Shown: one piece after another, positions 52,989 to 63,086 of the stretch
Layout: each line of letters begins with the position of its first letter
How positions within the stretch are numbered: the stretch's first letter is position 1
Assembly (NCBI GenBank): GCA_965222025.1
Contig: CBDCTI010000008.1
Coordinates: 408,531 to 472,530, forward strand
Direction: 5' to 3'
Source of the DNA: Dehalococcoidia bacterium
GTDB lineage: Bacteria; Chloroflexota; Dehalococcoidia; Lucifugimonadales; UBA3495
Length of the DNA stretch: 64,000 nt
Program-made: the position numbers and the translations under genes
Notes under the pieces: generated by a model
The model's database searches: none
Told to the model about the DNA's origin: nothing
What the model saw: only the letters and a program-made list of their open reading frames with translations

Positions 52989-53301
52989 GAACGGTGTATT
53001 CGTTGGACAAGTGAGTTGAATCGAGGTAATCGCGCCAGCCAATAGAATGTGGCAGGCGATAGTTACTTTCCGGATTCACCGGTTCCATTGGCCCCTGACA
53101 GCGAGGTCTAGGGGCCAATGGCCCTTCCTACGACCGGAGTTTTCTGAACCAGGACTCCTCTTCCCTGCCAGAGCCCGGACCAGCCCCACGCGGATTTGAT
53201 GACAGTTGGCCCTTGCATCTGGACGCATTGTCTGATGACAATGGGTCTGCGCTGACTTGTTAAACAAGCTGGCCCTTTCGCCGCAATCCTGAGGGGAGCA
53301 A

Positions 53302-53928
53302 ATGCTGAGAACCACCTCGTTTCTGTTCGGACTGGTCTCCTTGCTTGTTGCTCTTTCCCTCGCATTCTATATTTGGTTGCCGGATCTTGGAGTAGCAAGC
53401 AATCTCGCAAGAATAGTTCAAGCGTCCGTGACCTCTGTGGCTATCCTCGCTGGTGGAATATTCGCAGGGGTAAAGCTGCAGCTCTTCCGGGAATTTGCGC
53501 CCCACATTACGATCACTCAGACTTTCACTCACCGGGCTATTAGCGACAGCTACATCCACATCTTCGTGACCGCTACGCTGCATAATAGCTCCAAAGTACG
53601 GGTCGATTTCCGAGAGGGCTATTTTCGTCTCCAGGCAATTTCCCCTTCATCAGACGAGGAAATTGAAAGGTTGTATGCCGACGTATTCGTAGATCACAAC
53701 AATCGAGACTTTCAATGGCCGACAATTGACGAGGCTCCAAGAGAATGGAGCAGGAATGACCTCATTGTGGAACCAGGAGAATCCAATCAAGAGACCTGTG
53801 AATTTATTGTAGCCACAGGAATTCGAACAGTTCTCGTGGAAACCTATATGTACAATTCAAAGCGACCAGCAATCCCTCAAGGCTGGGGCACCACATCGAC
53901 GCATGATATAATTGATGCCAATAATTGA
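53302..53928 (+). CDS. hypothetical membrane protein (low GC)
   Basis: two N-terminal TM segments; GAGGGGAG RBS. Confidence 0.7.
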   Translation: MLRTTSFLFGLVSLLVALSLAFYIWLPDLGVASNLARIVQASVTSVAILAGGIFAGVKLQLFREFAPHITITQTFTHRAISDSYIHIFVTATLHNSSKVRVDFREGYFRLQAISPSSDEEIERLYADVFVDHNNRDFQWPTIDEAPREWSRNDLIVEPGESNQETCEFIVATGIRTVLVETYMYNSKRPAIPQGWGTTSTHDIIDANN

Positions 53929-54135
53929 TACTCTGCGACACAGGAGTCGTACGCTTGGCATTCAGAAATCCACTCCGCAACGCACCGCAGGAACCGCCTC
54001 CCATTCACACCCGAGGTGGCGTCCCCAGGGTCGCTCCGCCCAAAGCAGACAAGTCAGGCAAACCCCCAGGCCCTAAGCCAGCGCCAACCAAGAATTCGGC
54101 CAACAATGTCGAAACCCGCGAGCACAACCCATAGC

Positions 54136-54279
54136 CTCGAAGTACTCCGCGACGAGCTAGACGCCACCATGGGCATGTACGCCCACCCCACCGTCGCGAA
54201 CGTCGACCGCGACATCATCGGCACCGTCTCCCCCCTGCTGGGCACGTTCCCCCAGCAGTGGGACACGGTACGTTCCTGA
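54136..54279 (+). repeat. diverged duplicate of the oxidase gene 3' end (52845-52988)
   Basis: colinear at a constant 1291-bp offset, including the stop codon. Confidence 0.85.
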
Positions 54280-54466
54280 GTGTTTTCTCGCTGAACTTAC
54301 CCCCAATTGCCCTAAGCCGTAACCTTCAAATCTCGGAGTATTCCGGCGCGCTGAGCCAAGGTGTGCCGGATTTCTGTTTGTATGCAGCCGGTTACCACTT
54401 GCGCCACAGCCTCACGTGACATATGTTAAGTTTAGTAATTCAAGATTTGAGACAATGCGGAGTGGC

Positions 54467-55477
54467 ATGTTCGACAATCTAATTCGAGAGCTACGCAAAT
54501 TGGAAGGTTCCAATGAAGTTCCTGCGGAGATAGAATTAGACGATAAAGGATATATCGATCGTTATTGTCCATTTGAAGACTGCGGAACTCGTTTCAAGCT
54601 AATGTTTGAAGATTGGAAGAATACAGTTCGTGACGAAGTAGTATTCTGTCCGCTTTGTCGACATGAGGCAGATTGCACACAATGGAATACACCTGAGCAA
54701 TCCGAATACCACAGATCGCTAGCCAATGCTCACGTTCAGAAAACAATAGGAAAGGCCCTACAGCGCGATACGAGCAGGTTCAACTCTAGGCGTAAGAAAA
54801 GCGGATTAGTCAATATCACGATGTCCCATCGTCCGAACCGCTTACCTGTGGCAATACCAGCCTCAGCCACTTTCGTCATGACACAGGAGTTTCAGTGTGT
54901 GGAATGCAAATGTAGGTATTCTTCTATTGGAATTGCCTATTTCTGCCCTGCTTGCGGTTACAACAACATTTTTGAAACGTTTATGAAGTCCATAGAGACG
55001 GTATCAAAAACTATTGAAGCCCTTCCGTCTATACGCCAAGCCCTTACCAATCTCCAAGATGAGAATGTTGCGGAGGATTCGATTAGGCAAATTCTCGAGA
55101 ATAGCTTGTGTAAAATTGTTGCTTATTTCCACAAATATGCAGAATCGTGCTTTTCCAAACTGGCAAATTCAGGGCAGTTTACTTTACGCCGCAATATTTT
55201 TCAGAGACTGGAGGAATCGAATACCATTTGGCAAAGTGCGACTTCTAAAGGGTACACTGAGATTCTGAGTGATTCAGAATACCAAAAGTTAAACATGTTC
55301 TTCCAGCAGCGCCATCTGCTGGAACACCAAGATGGCATTGTCGACCAAGAGTATATTGAACGTGCAAAAGATTGTCGATTCGCCAAAGGGCAACGGCTCA
55401 TAGTATCTGACTCAAGTGTATCCGAGCTTGCCGCCATTATTAAGAAACTTTCACTAGCTATTTCTATTGTTGCGTGA
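54467..55477 (+). CDS. zinc-ribbon protein with HEPN-like RxxxxH motif
   Basis: several CxxC pairs; QRHLLEHQDG; low GC; start uncertain. Confidence 0.65.
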   Translation: MFDNLIRELRKLEGSNEVPAEIELDDKGYIDRYCPFEDCGTRFKLMFEDWKNTVRDEVVFCPLCRHEADCTQWNTPEQSEYHRSLANAHVQKTIGKALQRDTSRFNSRRKKSGLVNITMSHRPNRLPVAIPASATFVMTQEFQCVECKCRYSSIGIAYFCPACGYNNIFETFMKSIETVSKTIEALPSIRQALTNLQDENVAEDSIRQILENSLCKIVAYFHKYAESCFSKLANSGQFTLRRNIFQRLEESNTIWQSATSKGYTEILSDSEYQKLNMFFQQRHLLEHQDGIVDQEYIERAKDCRFAKGQRLIVSDSSVSELAAIIKKLSLAISIVA

Positions 55478-55632
55478 TAGATCAAGACTTCCCGCCCTTT
55501 TCCCCGGCCTCGACGAATCGGCAAGATCCATCACCGAGACCTATCGCCAACGTCTTTAGCAAGCCGAACCGCTTCCCCTATCATCCGTGTACAATACCCC
55601 TACACCCCAACCCCCCACAGGAGGCTCAACAC

Positions 55633-56508
55633 ATGACCACCCTTGGCTCCGGCCACTACACCTACTCCGTCCAGGAAAACTGGGCCAAGCTGCCCGAGGG
55701 CGAGACCTTCGCCATGGTCTCGGCCATCGCCACCGACTCCCAGGACCTCGTCTACGCCTTCCAGCGTAAGGAGCCGCCCGTCCTCATCTTCGACCGCGAC
55801 GGCAACCTCCAGGATTCCTGGGGCAACGGCTCCTTCCTCTTCGCCCACGGCTTCTACATTGAGGACGACGTCGTCTACGTCACCGACCGCGACGCCTCCA
55901 CCTGCCTCGTCTACACCCTCGACGGCAAGCCCGTCCAGATGCTCGGCCGCCACGGGCGCCACTCCGACACCGGCTGCGAGGTCGCTGGCGACCTCGTCCC
56001 CCGCGCCGCCGGCCCGTTCAACTACCCCGCCGAGCTGGTCCCCTCGCCCTCCGGCGAGCTCTACGTGGCCGACGGCTACCGCAACTCCCGCGTCCACCGC
56101 TTCACCTCCGAGGGCGAGCTCATCCAGTCCTGGGGCGAGCCCGGCAAGTCAGAGGCCAACCACTTCCACCTGCCCCACAGCCTGATCATCGACGGCGACC
56201 GCATCATCGTCTGCGACCGTGAGAACCACCGCATCCAGCTCTTCACCCTGAACGGCGAGTTCATCGAGTTCTGGGACGACATCCAGCGGCCCATGGATAT
56301 CTCCCGCGATCCCGAGGGCAACTTCCTGGTCAGCGAGGGCACTGTGAACGGCGGCTCCGCGCGCATCAGCATCGTCGACCCGTCGGGCGGCGTCCTCGCC
56401 CGCTTCGACTGCCGCGGCTCCGGCCACGGCAGCTGGATCGACTCCCGCGGCGACATCTACCTCGCCGGCGTCCCCGACGCCATCGACAAATACGTGCGGG
56501 AAGGCTAG
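55633..56508 (+). CDS. NHL-repeat (peptidylglycine monooxygenase/lyase-like) protein
   Basis: FNYP, LYVADGYRNSRVHRF, FHLPH, VCDRENHRIQ. Confidence 0.85.
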   Translation: MTTLGSGHYTYSVQENWAKLPEGETFAMVSAIATDSQDLVYAFQRKEPPVLIFDRDGNLQDSWGNGSFLFAHGFYIEDDVVYVTDRDASTCLVYTLDGKPVQMLGRHGRHSDTGCEVAGDLVPRAAGPFNYPAELVPSPSGELYVADGYRNSRVHRFTSEGELIQSWGEPGKSEANHFHLPHSLIIDGDRIIVCDRENHRIQLFTLNGEFIEFWDDIQRPMDISRDPEGNFLVSEGTVNGGSARISIVDPSGGVLARFDCRGSGHGSWIDSRGDIYLAGVPDAIDKYVREG

Positions 56509-56516
56509 CGCAACCC

Positions 56517-56868
56517 GTGACACCGTCCATCCCAAGCAACACGACACACGGCATCCCGAGCACCGCGACACCGTTCATCCTGAGCACCGCGACACCGTTC
56601 ATCCTGAGCACCGCGACACCGTTCATCCTGAGCACCGCGACACCGTTCATCCTGAGCACCGCGACACCGTTCATCCTGAGCTCGTCGAAGGACGAACGGT
56701 GTCCATACCAAGCAACACGACACCCGTCATCCCGGGCACCGCGACACCATTCATCCTGAGCTTGTCGAAGGACGAACGGTGTCCATCCCAAGCAACACGA
56801 CACCGTCCATCCTGAGCACCGCGACACCGTTCATCCTGAGCTTGTCGAAGGACGAACGGTGTCCATCA
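56517..56868. repeat. array of 24-bp half-units and three REP-like palindromes
   Basis: GAGCACCGCGACACCGTTCATCCT x5 from 56558; TTCATCCTGAGCTYGTCGAAGGACGAACGG x3. Confidence 0.9.
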
Positions 56869-56966
56869 CAGCGCGCCGTCCGTTCCTCCTCAGCCTTTCC
56901 TCAGCAATATGAGAAGCTGAATCTGTCGATGTTCGGAAGGTGAAATCACCCAGAACGGAGACAGCT

Positions 56967-57170
56967 ATGGCAACGGAGAAGGAACAGGCCCAGCTCGACC
57001 TCGAGAAGGTCATGGTCACCATGGGCGAGGACCAGTGGCGCAATGTCCGCATCCTCGATCACTACGCCGAATCCCACATCTCCTATTCCCTCGTCGGCGT
57101 CAAGATCGAAGACGGCAAGACCTACTACTACCAGGCCGAGACAGGCCGCTTCGTCATGCTTAACATCTAA
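56967..57170 (+). CDS. small hypothetical protein (67 aa)
   Basis: GGAG RBS, host-like codon usage, followed by a hairpin. Confidence 0.65.
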   Translation: MATEKEQAQLDLEKVMVTMGEDQWRNVRILDHYAESHISYSLVGVKIEDGKTYYYQAETGRFVMLNI

Positions 57171-57197
57171 CTGAACGGATTCCCTGCCAATAATTGA

Positions 57198-57221
57198 GGG
57201 GCGCACGATTGTGCGCCCCTG
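57198..57221. terminator. hairpin between convergent genes
   Basis: GGGGCGCAC-GATT-GTGCGCCCC. Confidence 0.55.
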
Positions 57222-57254
57222 CTCGTTTCTAACCCATTGCCGCTTGTGAATCTA

Positions 57255-58790
57255 TCAGTCGGCTGCGGCTCCGGCCTGCGCCTGCTGGCCACCGCCGGAT
57301 GTTGGCGTGGCCGGCGGCTTGTAGGGGCGATGGAAGGCGGCGATGATCGCGCCCGCCGTCATGATTCCCACCACCGCCAGCGCCGAGACCTGGAACCCCT
57401 CCAAGTGCAGCCGCTGCGACTCGGCGGGCAGCATCAGCCCGATGGTCGCCGGGACGATCAGCGCCACAATGAAGGAGGATATGGTCGCGCCCGTGGCGTG
57501 TCCCATGTCGCGGGTGGTTTCCAGCACCCCTGAGGCAAAGCCGCGATTCTCGGTGGGCAATGTGCTCATCACCGTGGCGTTATTCACCGTGTTGAAGATG
57601 TTGGTCCCCACGGAAATCGGGAACAACAGGAGCGGCAGCAACCAGATAGAGATCGTCCCGGCGAACAGGGCCAGCAGCACGAAGCCCGACGCAATGGACA
57701 GCATGCACGCCGTCCGCAGCAGTCGCGGGTTGAACTTGTCGTGGATGAACCCCGCAATGGCAGGCAGCCAGATGCCGAAGGACTGGTGCGGCAAGAGCAC
57801 ATACGTAACGAATATCGGCGACTTGCCCAACCCCTCTTCGATCATTATTGGCACCAGGATCATGGTCGCCATCATCGAGAGGTGGAACATCACGTTGGAA
57901 ATGATCGTCAGCGTGAAGTACTTGTGGCGGAAATGCTGGAACTCCACGAAGGGATGCGCCACCCGCCGCTCCACGAAGATGAACACCACCAGCAGGGCGA
58001 TGGTCAGCCCGTGCATCGGCAGGTGATAGGTAAGCGCATCGGACGAAGTGTATGATTCCTCACCCCCGTGCAGATGGCTACCCGACAGGATGAACACCGC
58101 AGACACGGCCACCAGCAGTATGGCGCCGACGTAGTCAATGGGGTTTTCTTTGTCGACGATGGCCTCGTTGTTGCGCCGCACCACCGGCAGGCACGACTTG
58201 ATGACAATCAGCCCGATGGGCAACATCGTCAGGAACACCAAGCGCCATCCGGCGAAGGAGTCCCAGTTGGCGAACTGGAGAAGGACTCCGAAGAAGGCTA
58301 CGCCGATGAATGTGCCGATACGGGAGCCAGTAATGGGGAAGGCATAGGCCCGGCCCCGCTCTCCCGGCGGGAAGGCGAAGGCCAGCATGGCGTTCCCGTT
58401 GCCGTGTATCAACCCGGCGCCGAACCCCTGCAGGCCTCTCAGAACAATCACCTGGGTCAGGTCCTGGGCGGCAACGATGCCCACGGCACCGAGGGTGACG
58501 ATAATGATGCCTAGGAAGAAGACCCGGGGATGACCGAAGCGGTCGCCCAGCCTGGCACCAAGAAATACCGTGCTTCCCAGCACCAGCAGGTTGGCGATGA
58601 CGATCCAAGCGGCGGCGTCGACGGAGTAGCCGAAGTCCCGGGCGATGCTGGGGAGGGCCAGGGTCACTGGCAGGCTGGAGAGCTGCACCAGCAACTGGCC
58701 GCCCGTCATCGCCATGAGCACCTCGCGGCGCTCCTTCGAGTGAACGACAGCCTTGTAGTTGGAAATAAACCCCGGCATCCAACTCCCCAA
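57255..58790 (-). CDS. MFS transporter (DHA2-like)
   Basis: ARLGDRFG motif A, multiple TM helices. Confidence 0.88.
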   Translation of the reverse strand: MGSWMPGFISNYKAVVHSKERREVLMAMTGGQLLVQLSSLPVTLALPSIARDFGYSVDAAAWIVIANLLVLGSTVFLGARLGDRFGHPRVFFLGIIIVTLGAVGIVAAQDLTQVIVLRGLQGFGAGLIHGNGNAMLAFAFPPGERGRAYAFPITGSRIGTFIGVAFFGVLLQFANWDSFAGWRLVFLTMLPIGLIVIKSCLPVVRRNNEAIVDKENPIDYVGAILLVAVSAVFILSGSHLHGGEESYTSSDALTYHLPMHGLTIALLVVFIFVERRVAHPFVEFQHFRHKYFTLTIISNVMFHLSMMATMILVPIMIEEGLGKSPIFVTYVLLPHQSFGIWLPAIAGFIHDKFNPRLLRTACMLSIASGFVLLALFAGTISIWLLPLLLFPISVGTNIFNTVNNATVMSTLPTENRGFASGVLETTRDMGHATGATISSFIVALIVPATIGLMLPAESQRLHLEGFQVSALAVVGIMTAGAIIAAFHRPYKPPATPTSGGGQQAQAGAAAD

Positions 58791-58898
58791 GAACCCTAGA
58801 CTACATCGGCGCTACTTTATCACTTCAGTAGATACCGTGCCACCTTATGTATCACCCGCCACCACTGGGCATCCCCGGGCACCCTTCCGCCCGCACCT

Positions 58899-58925
58899 GT
58901 CATTCCGTCGGAAGCCGGAATCCAG
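58899..58925. repeat. single REP-like palindrome of a second family
   Basis: GTCATTCCGTCGGAAGCCGGAATCCAG. Confidence 0.45.
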
Positions 58926-59059
58926 AAGCCTTGTCCCTTCGTCCCTCACCCTGCGAGAGGGTACGTCTCGTTCTGCAATTCCGACCACTTGTCGTATACT
59001 AGTTGTTGCATATTGTTATATGCACTTAAAATACTCGTTTGTTGGGTCTCGGGTGATAT

Positions 59060-60643
59060 ATGCGGATAACCAGTGTCCATCTAAAAAACTACAAGCGATT
59101 CACAGACCTTCGCATCGAGGAAATCCCTGCATCGTCTCGACTAGTTGTACTACTCGGGCCCAATGGTTCAGGTAAGTCTTCAGTATTTGATGCTTTTCTC
59201 CTGAAATCTCATTCTGCCAGGAATAACTGGAATCTTAGGGACACTCAATTCGCAGGTTATCTCCTCAAGGATGAATTTGAAGCAACCAACCTGTCTACTA
59301 CTATTCAAGTGGCGAATTCGGTGATCATCGAGACGGACAGTAGCGTTGAAGATTGGTCCAGAATATTTAGTATTCGCTCTCCTTATAGACATGAGTCAGA
59401 CTTTTCAAATACTAACTTAGAGCCGACCAAACCTTCATATGAGACCCCAAGATTCCACAGAATAATCGACCAAGACCAAGCAGTGTCAGACAATTTCAAT
59501 AGATTAGGGCGTAGCGCATTGTACGGTGCCCTCAAAAGTGAACCCAGCAACAAGTCATTGGGACAGTTCAGACAGGAGACCCTTGGGGAAATTAGAGTAG
59601 CGTTGGAACAGCTATTTGACAAACCGATTCTCGGTCTTCAGGATTTCGGCTCTGGAATTGATTCGGGAGCTTTTCGATTTAAAGAAGGTAGCACAGAAGA
59701 TTTTCACTACAAGAACCTGTCAGGAGGAGAAAAAGCCGCATTTGACCTACTATTGGATATTTTTGTGAAGAGAGTCGAGTACCAAGATGCCGTATATTGC
59801 ATTGACGAACCCGAGTCTCACGTCGCGTCTGCGATACACGGAAGGCTCTTGGAGGCCATGCTGAAACTAATTCCGTCGCCAAGCCAGCTTTGGATCGCTA
59901 CTCACTCTACAGGATTTGTCAGAAGGGCTATGGAGTTCGGAAGGAGAGGGAACGATGTATGCTTTTTGGATTTTTCTGAACAAAATTTTGATGAAACTAT
60001 CGTACTGACTCCTACTAAGCCAAATCAGTCTTTTTTTCGAAAAATGTATGATGTCCTACAAGAAGATTTAGCAGGCTTGATAGCACCTAACTGTGTGGTT
60101 TTGTGTGAGGGTACCGAACGTACGGATGCCAAAATATACAATAATATATTCGAGGATTCTCATCCAGACACCCTTTTCGTTGGGCGTGGCAGCTATACTG
60201 AAGTCGAGAAAAAGGACATAGTAGTACTTATTGAAGCAGTTATTCCAGGTGCCAAAGTAATGCGGCTAATCGATCGAGACGACATGCCAGAGCCTTCTCG
60301 CGCCGAGCAAATAAGTCAAGGTATTCGAGTGCTACGTCGAAGAGAAATAGAAAACTATCTTTGGGACAAGAAAGTTATCCGCAAAGCGCTGCTGAATGTC
60401 GGTGCATGCGAGAGCACAATTGAAAATGTCCTAACTGAATATCCCTTCAAGAACCCTATGGAAGATGATATGAAGTCCAATTATTCTCTCCAAGGGTTTT
60501 TTGAAGTAATCCGAAAGGCGGAAGGACTATCGCGGCCAGGCAGAAGCCCCCGAGAGTTTGCCTCCTCACATCTGGCACGCGCTCTTCGTGAAACGGAGGA
60601 CGTCTACCAAGAATTGCTTGACGACATTTTTGGAGGCGACTAA
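59060..60643 (+). CDS. OLD-like ABC ATPase plus TOPRIM nuclease
   Basis: GPNGSGKS, LSGGE, IDEPE, ATHS; TOPRIM CEG..D and IDRD; EIENY. Confidence 0.75.
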   Translation: MRITSVHLKNYKRFTDLRIEEIPASSRLVVLLGPNGSGKSSVFDAFLLKSHSARNNWNLRDTQFAGYLLKDEFEATNLSTTIQVANSVIIETDSSVEDWSRIFSIRSPYRHESDFSNTNLEPTKPSYETPRFHRIIDQDQAVSDNFNRLGRSALYGALKSEPSNKSLGQFRQETLGEIRVALEQLFDKPILGLQDFGSGIDSGAFRFKEGSTEDFHYKNLSGGEKAAFDLLLDIFVKRVEYQDAVYCIDEPESHVASAIHGRLLEAMLKLIPSPSQLWIATHSTGFVRRAMEFGRRGNDVCFLDFSEQNFDETIVLTPTKPNQSFFRKMYDVLQEDLAGLIAPNCVVLCEGTERTDAKIYNNIFEDSHPDTLFVGRGSYTEVEKKDIVVLIEAVIPGAKVMRLIDRDDMPEPSRAEQISQGIRVLRRREIENYLWDKKVIRKALLNVGACESTIENVLTEYPFKNPMEDDMKSNYSLQGFFEVIRKAEGLSRPGRSPREFASSHLARALRETEDVYQELLDDIFGGD

Positions 60644-60673
60644 TTGGGGGACCCGAATCCCACAATCGCTACC

Positions 60674-60801
60674 TAAGCTAAAATCAAGGTGAAATGCACA
60701 TAGTTTCCTTACCTTCCGGGGGAGGGGGAGAAAATCCACCCGCGTTAAGCCATCCTGACTGCAGCACGTAAATATGTACATCCCACCTTGGCTTTGGTCT
60801 A
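60674..60801. mobile_element. MITE related to the IS630 at 17123-18357
   Basis: both ends match that IS (..CAAGGTGAAAT / CATCCCACCTTGGCTTTGGT); flanked by TA. Confidence 0.65.
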
Positions 60802-60991
60802 GAAAAGCAGGGATATAGTGCACCCACTACCTACAAAATCAACAACCGATCCAATTCTCAGTCATCCAGTGGTATATCTAGCAGCAGTTAATGAAAGGTT
60901 AGGGCAGAGGACCCACACCACCCCCACGCCCACCCCCCACCGCCGCCCTGCGCTATAATGCCCGCAACATCCTGAGCACAGGAGCGCGCCA

Positions 60992-62038
60992 ATGGTAAAC
61001 GCACCGGTCCGCCTGACCGAGCTTTCCCACTGCGCCGGTTGAGCAGCCAAGCTCAGCCAGCAGGACCTCGTGAAGGTCCTAAGCAAACTTCCTATGGTTG
61101 AACATCCCGACCTCCTGGTGGGATCGTCCACCGGCGACGACGCCGCCGTTTACCGCCTCGACGACCGGATCGGCCTGGTCCTGACGGTAGACTTCTTCAC
61201 GCCCATCACCGACGATCCCTACGAGTTCGGCTCGGTGGCCGCCGCCAACTCCCTCAGCGACGTCTACGCCATGGGCGGCCGCCCGCTGGTGGCCCTCAAC
61301 GTCGTCGGCTTCCCGGCCGCCCTCGCCGGCGAGATGCTGGGCGACGTGCTGCGCGGCGGATACGACAAGGCCGCCGAGGCCAACTGCCTCATCGTCGGCG
61401 GCCACACCGTCGACGACAACGAGCCCAAGTATGGCCTCTCCGTAGTCGGTCTCGTCGAGCCCGGAAGGCAGGTCACCAACGCGGGCGCTCGCCCCGGCGA
61501 TGTCCTCGTTCTCACCAAGCCTCTCGGCACCGGCATCGTGACCACCGGCTGCAAGGCCGGCGTTGCGCCACCCGGCTCGGTCGAGACGGCGGTGGAGACC
61601 ATGGCCGCCCTGAACCGCGCCGCATCCGAGGCCATGATCGAGGTCGGCGTCAACGCCTGTACCGATATCACCGGCTTCGGCCTCATGGGCCATCTGACCG
61701 GTATGCTCAAGGCCAGCGGTGTCAGCGCGCACGTGAGCGTCTCCAAGGCACCGGTCCTGCCCGGTGTTGCCGAATTGCTGGCCCAGGGTGTCGCCCCCGG
61801 CGGAACCCACCGCAACCAGGCGGGCGTCGAGGATTATGTCGACTGGGACGACGCGGTCTCCGACAACGACAAGCTTCTCCTGTGCGACGCCCAGACCTCC
61901 GGCGGGCTGATGATTTCGGTCCCGGAAGAGCGACTGTCACGGCTGCTGGACGCGCTGGAAGCTCGGGACGTTGCCACCCGCGCGGTGATCGGCAGCATCG
62001 GCGACGGCGCGGCCGGCAGGGTCCGAGTTACCCCGTAA
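60992..62038 (+). CDS. selD: selenide, water dikinase with in-frame UGA (Sec17)
   Basis: MVNAPVRLTELSHCAG-TGA-AAKL in frame with GDDAAVY, TVDFFTP, SDVYAMGG, TDITGFGL, DAQTSGGL. Confidence 0.9.
61062..61080 (+). promoter_or_regulatory. candidate bacterial SECIS hairpin
   Basis: AGGACCT-CGTGA-AGGTCCT, 19 nt after the UGA at 61040-61042. Confidence 0.55.
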
Positions 62039-62053
62039 GGACGAAGCAATCTT

Positions 62054-62701
62054 ATGTTGTCCAAACTCTTCCCTAACGTGAGGTGGGGCTTGAAGCGTCC
62101 TGACCAGGTTAAGACAGCACCCGACCAAGGCCACGGCGAACGCGTTCCTCCGGGCCAGTTTCTAACCACCAAGTTCCCGGTGCTCACCTACGGCCCGGAG
62201 CCCAAGGTCGACATCGACTCGTGGCAGTTTAGGGTGTTCGGCCTGGTCGAGAAGGAGATCACTCTCGACTGGCAGGGATTCTCCGCCCTCCCCTGGAAGG
62301 TGCTGGCCGCCGATTTCCACTGCGTCACCCAGTGGAGCGCGCTGGACCAGACCTGGGAGGGCGTGGCAGTGGCCGACCTGCTGTCCCTGGCAGGCGTTTC
62401 GATGGAAAGTCGGTACTTGATGGCCCACTGCTTCGGCGGCTACAACACCAACGTGCCGCTGGACCTGGCCCTTGAAGAGGGGTTCCTGGCCCACAAGCAG
62501 GCCGGTGAGCCCATCGGCAAGAGCCACGGATGGCCACTTCGTCTGATCGTCCCCAGCCTCTACGGGTGGAAGAGCGCCAAGTGGGTCAACGGCATTGAAC
62601 TCATGGCCGAGGACGCCCCAGGCTTCTGGGAGCAGCGCGGCTACCACAACAACGGCGACCCGTGGAAGGAGGAGCGGTTCTGGCCCGAGTTGGCCCGGTA
62701 A
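62054..62701 (+). CDS. sulfite oxidase-like molybdopterin oxidoreductase
   Basis: PPGQ, DFHCVT.WS, HG.PLRL, WKSAKW, GFWE.RGYH. Confidence 0.9.
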   Translation: MLSKLFPNVRWGLKRPDQVKTAPDQGHGERVPPGQFLTTKFPVLTYGPEPKVDIDSWQFRVFGLVEKEITLDWQGFSALPWKVLAADFHCVTQWSALDQTWEGVAVADLLSLAGVSMESRYLMAHCFGGYNTNVPLDLALEEGFLAHKQAGEPIGKSHGWPLRLIVPSLYGWKSAKWVNGIELMAEDAPGFWEQRGYHNNGDPWKEERFWPELAR

Positions 62702-62815
62702 TTTTTCCCGCGGTAATTTTTCCCCGCGGTAAAATTACCCGAGGATTGCTTCTTCCTCTCAACGGCTCGGGAATTCCGTTCAGACCTGCCCCGTGGCAGA
62801 GCTTTAAGACCAAAG

Positions 62816-62841
62816 AAAAGGGGCGGCCGGATGGCCGCCCC
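62816..62841 (-). terminator. intrinsic terminator
   Basis: GGGGCGGCC/GGCCGCCCC stem followed by a U-run on the minus strand. Confidence 0.55.
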
Positions 62842-62891
62842 AATTAATTGGCATGCTGCGAGGGTTAGAGCTGAGAGAGTTGAAAAGGAGG

Positions 62892-63086
62892 CTACGCCGC
62901 CTTCGCCAGGGGCTCCTCATCAGTGAGCCAGGCCGGCACCATGGGCTTGCGCCTCGCCACCGCCGCCGGTTTGCTGTCGACGTCATGCATGAGTCCGCAC
63001 TGCAGGCAACTGAAGAAGCTGCCGTAGCCGTCCCGGTTCAGCGTCAGGTCGCCTTGGCATTTGGGACACGCACCGAAGTAGATCAT
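62892..63086 (-). CDS. small zinc-ribbon protein
   Basis: CPKC.GDL..CLQCG; GAGGAGG RBS. Confidence 0.7.
   Translation of the reverse strand: MIYFGACPKCQGDLTLNRDGYGSFFSCLQCGLMHDVDSKPAAVARRKPMVPAWLTDEEPLAKAA

Noticed and set aside
56517-56868. CRISPR array or coding repeat ORFs
   Set aside because: no unique spacers; the ORFs are translations of the DNA repeat
62697-62740. GGTAATTTTTCCCGC short repeats as a regulatory site
   Set aside because: lies between convergent gene ends, and nothing supports a function
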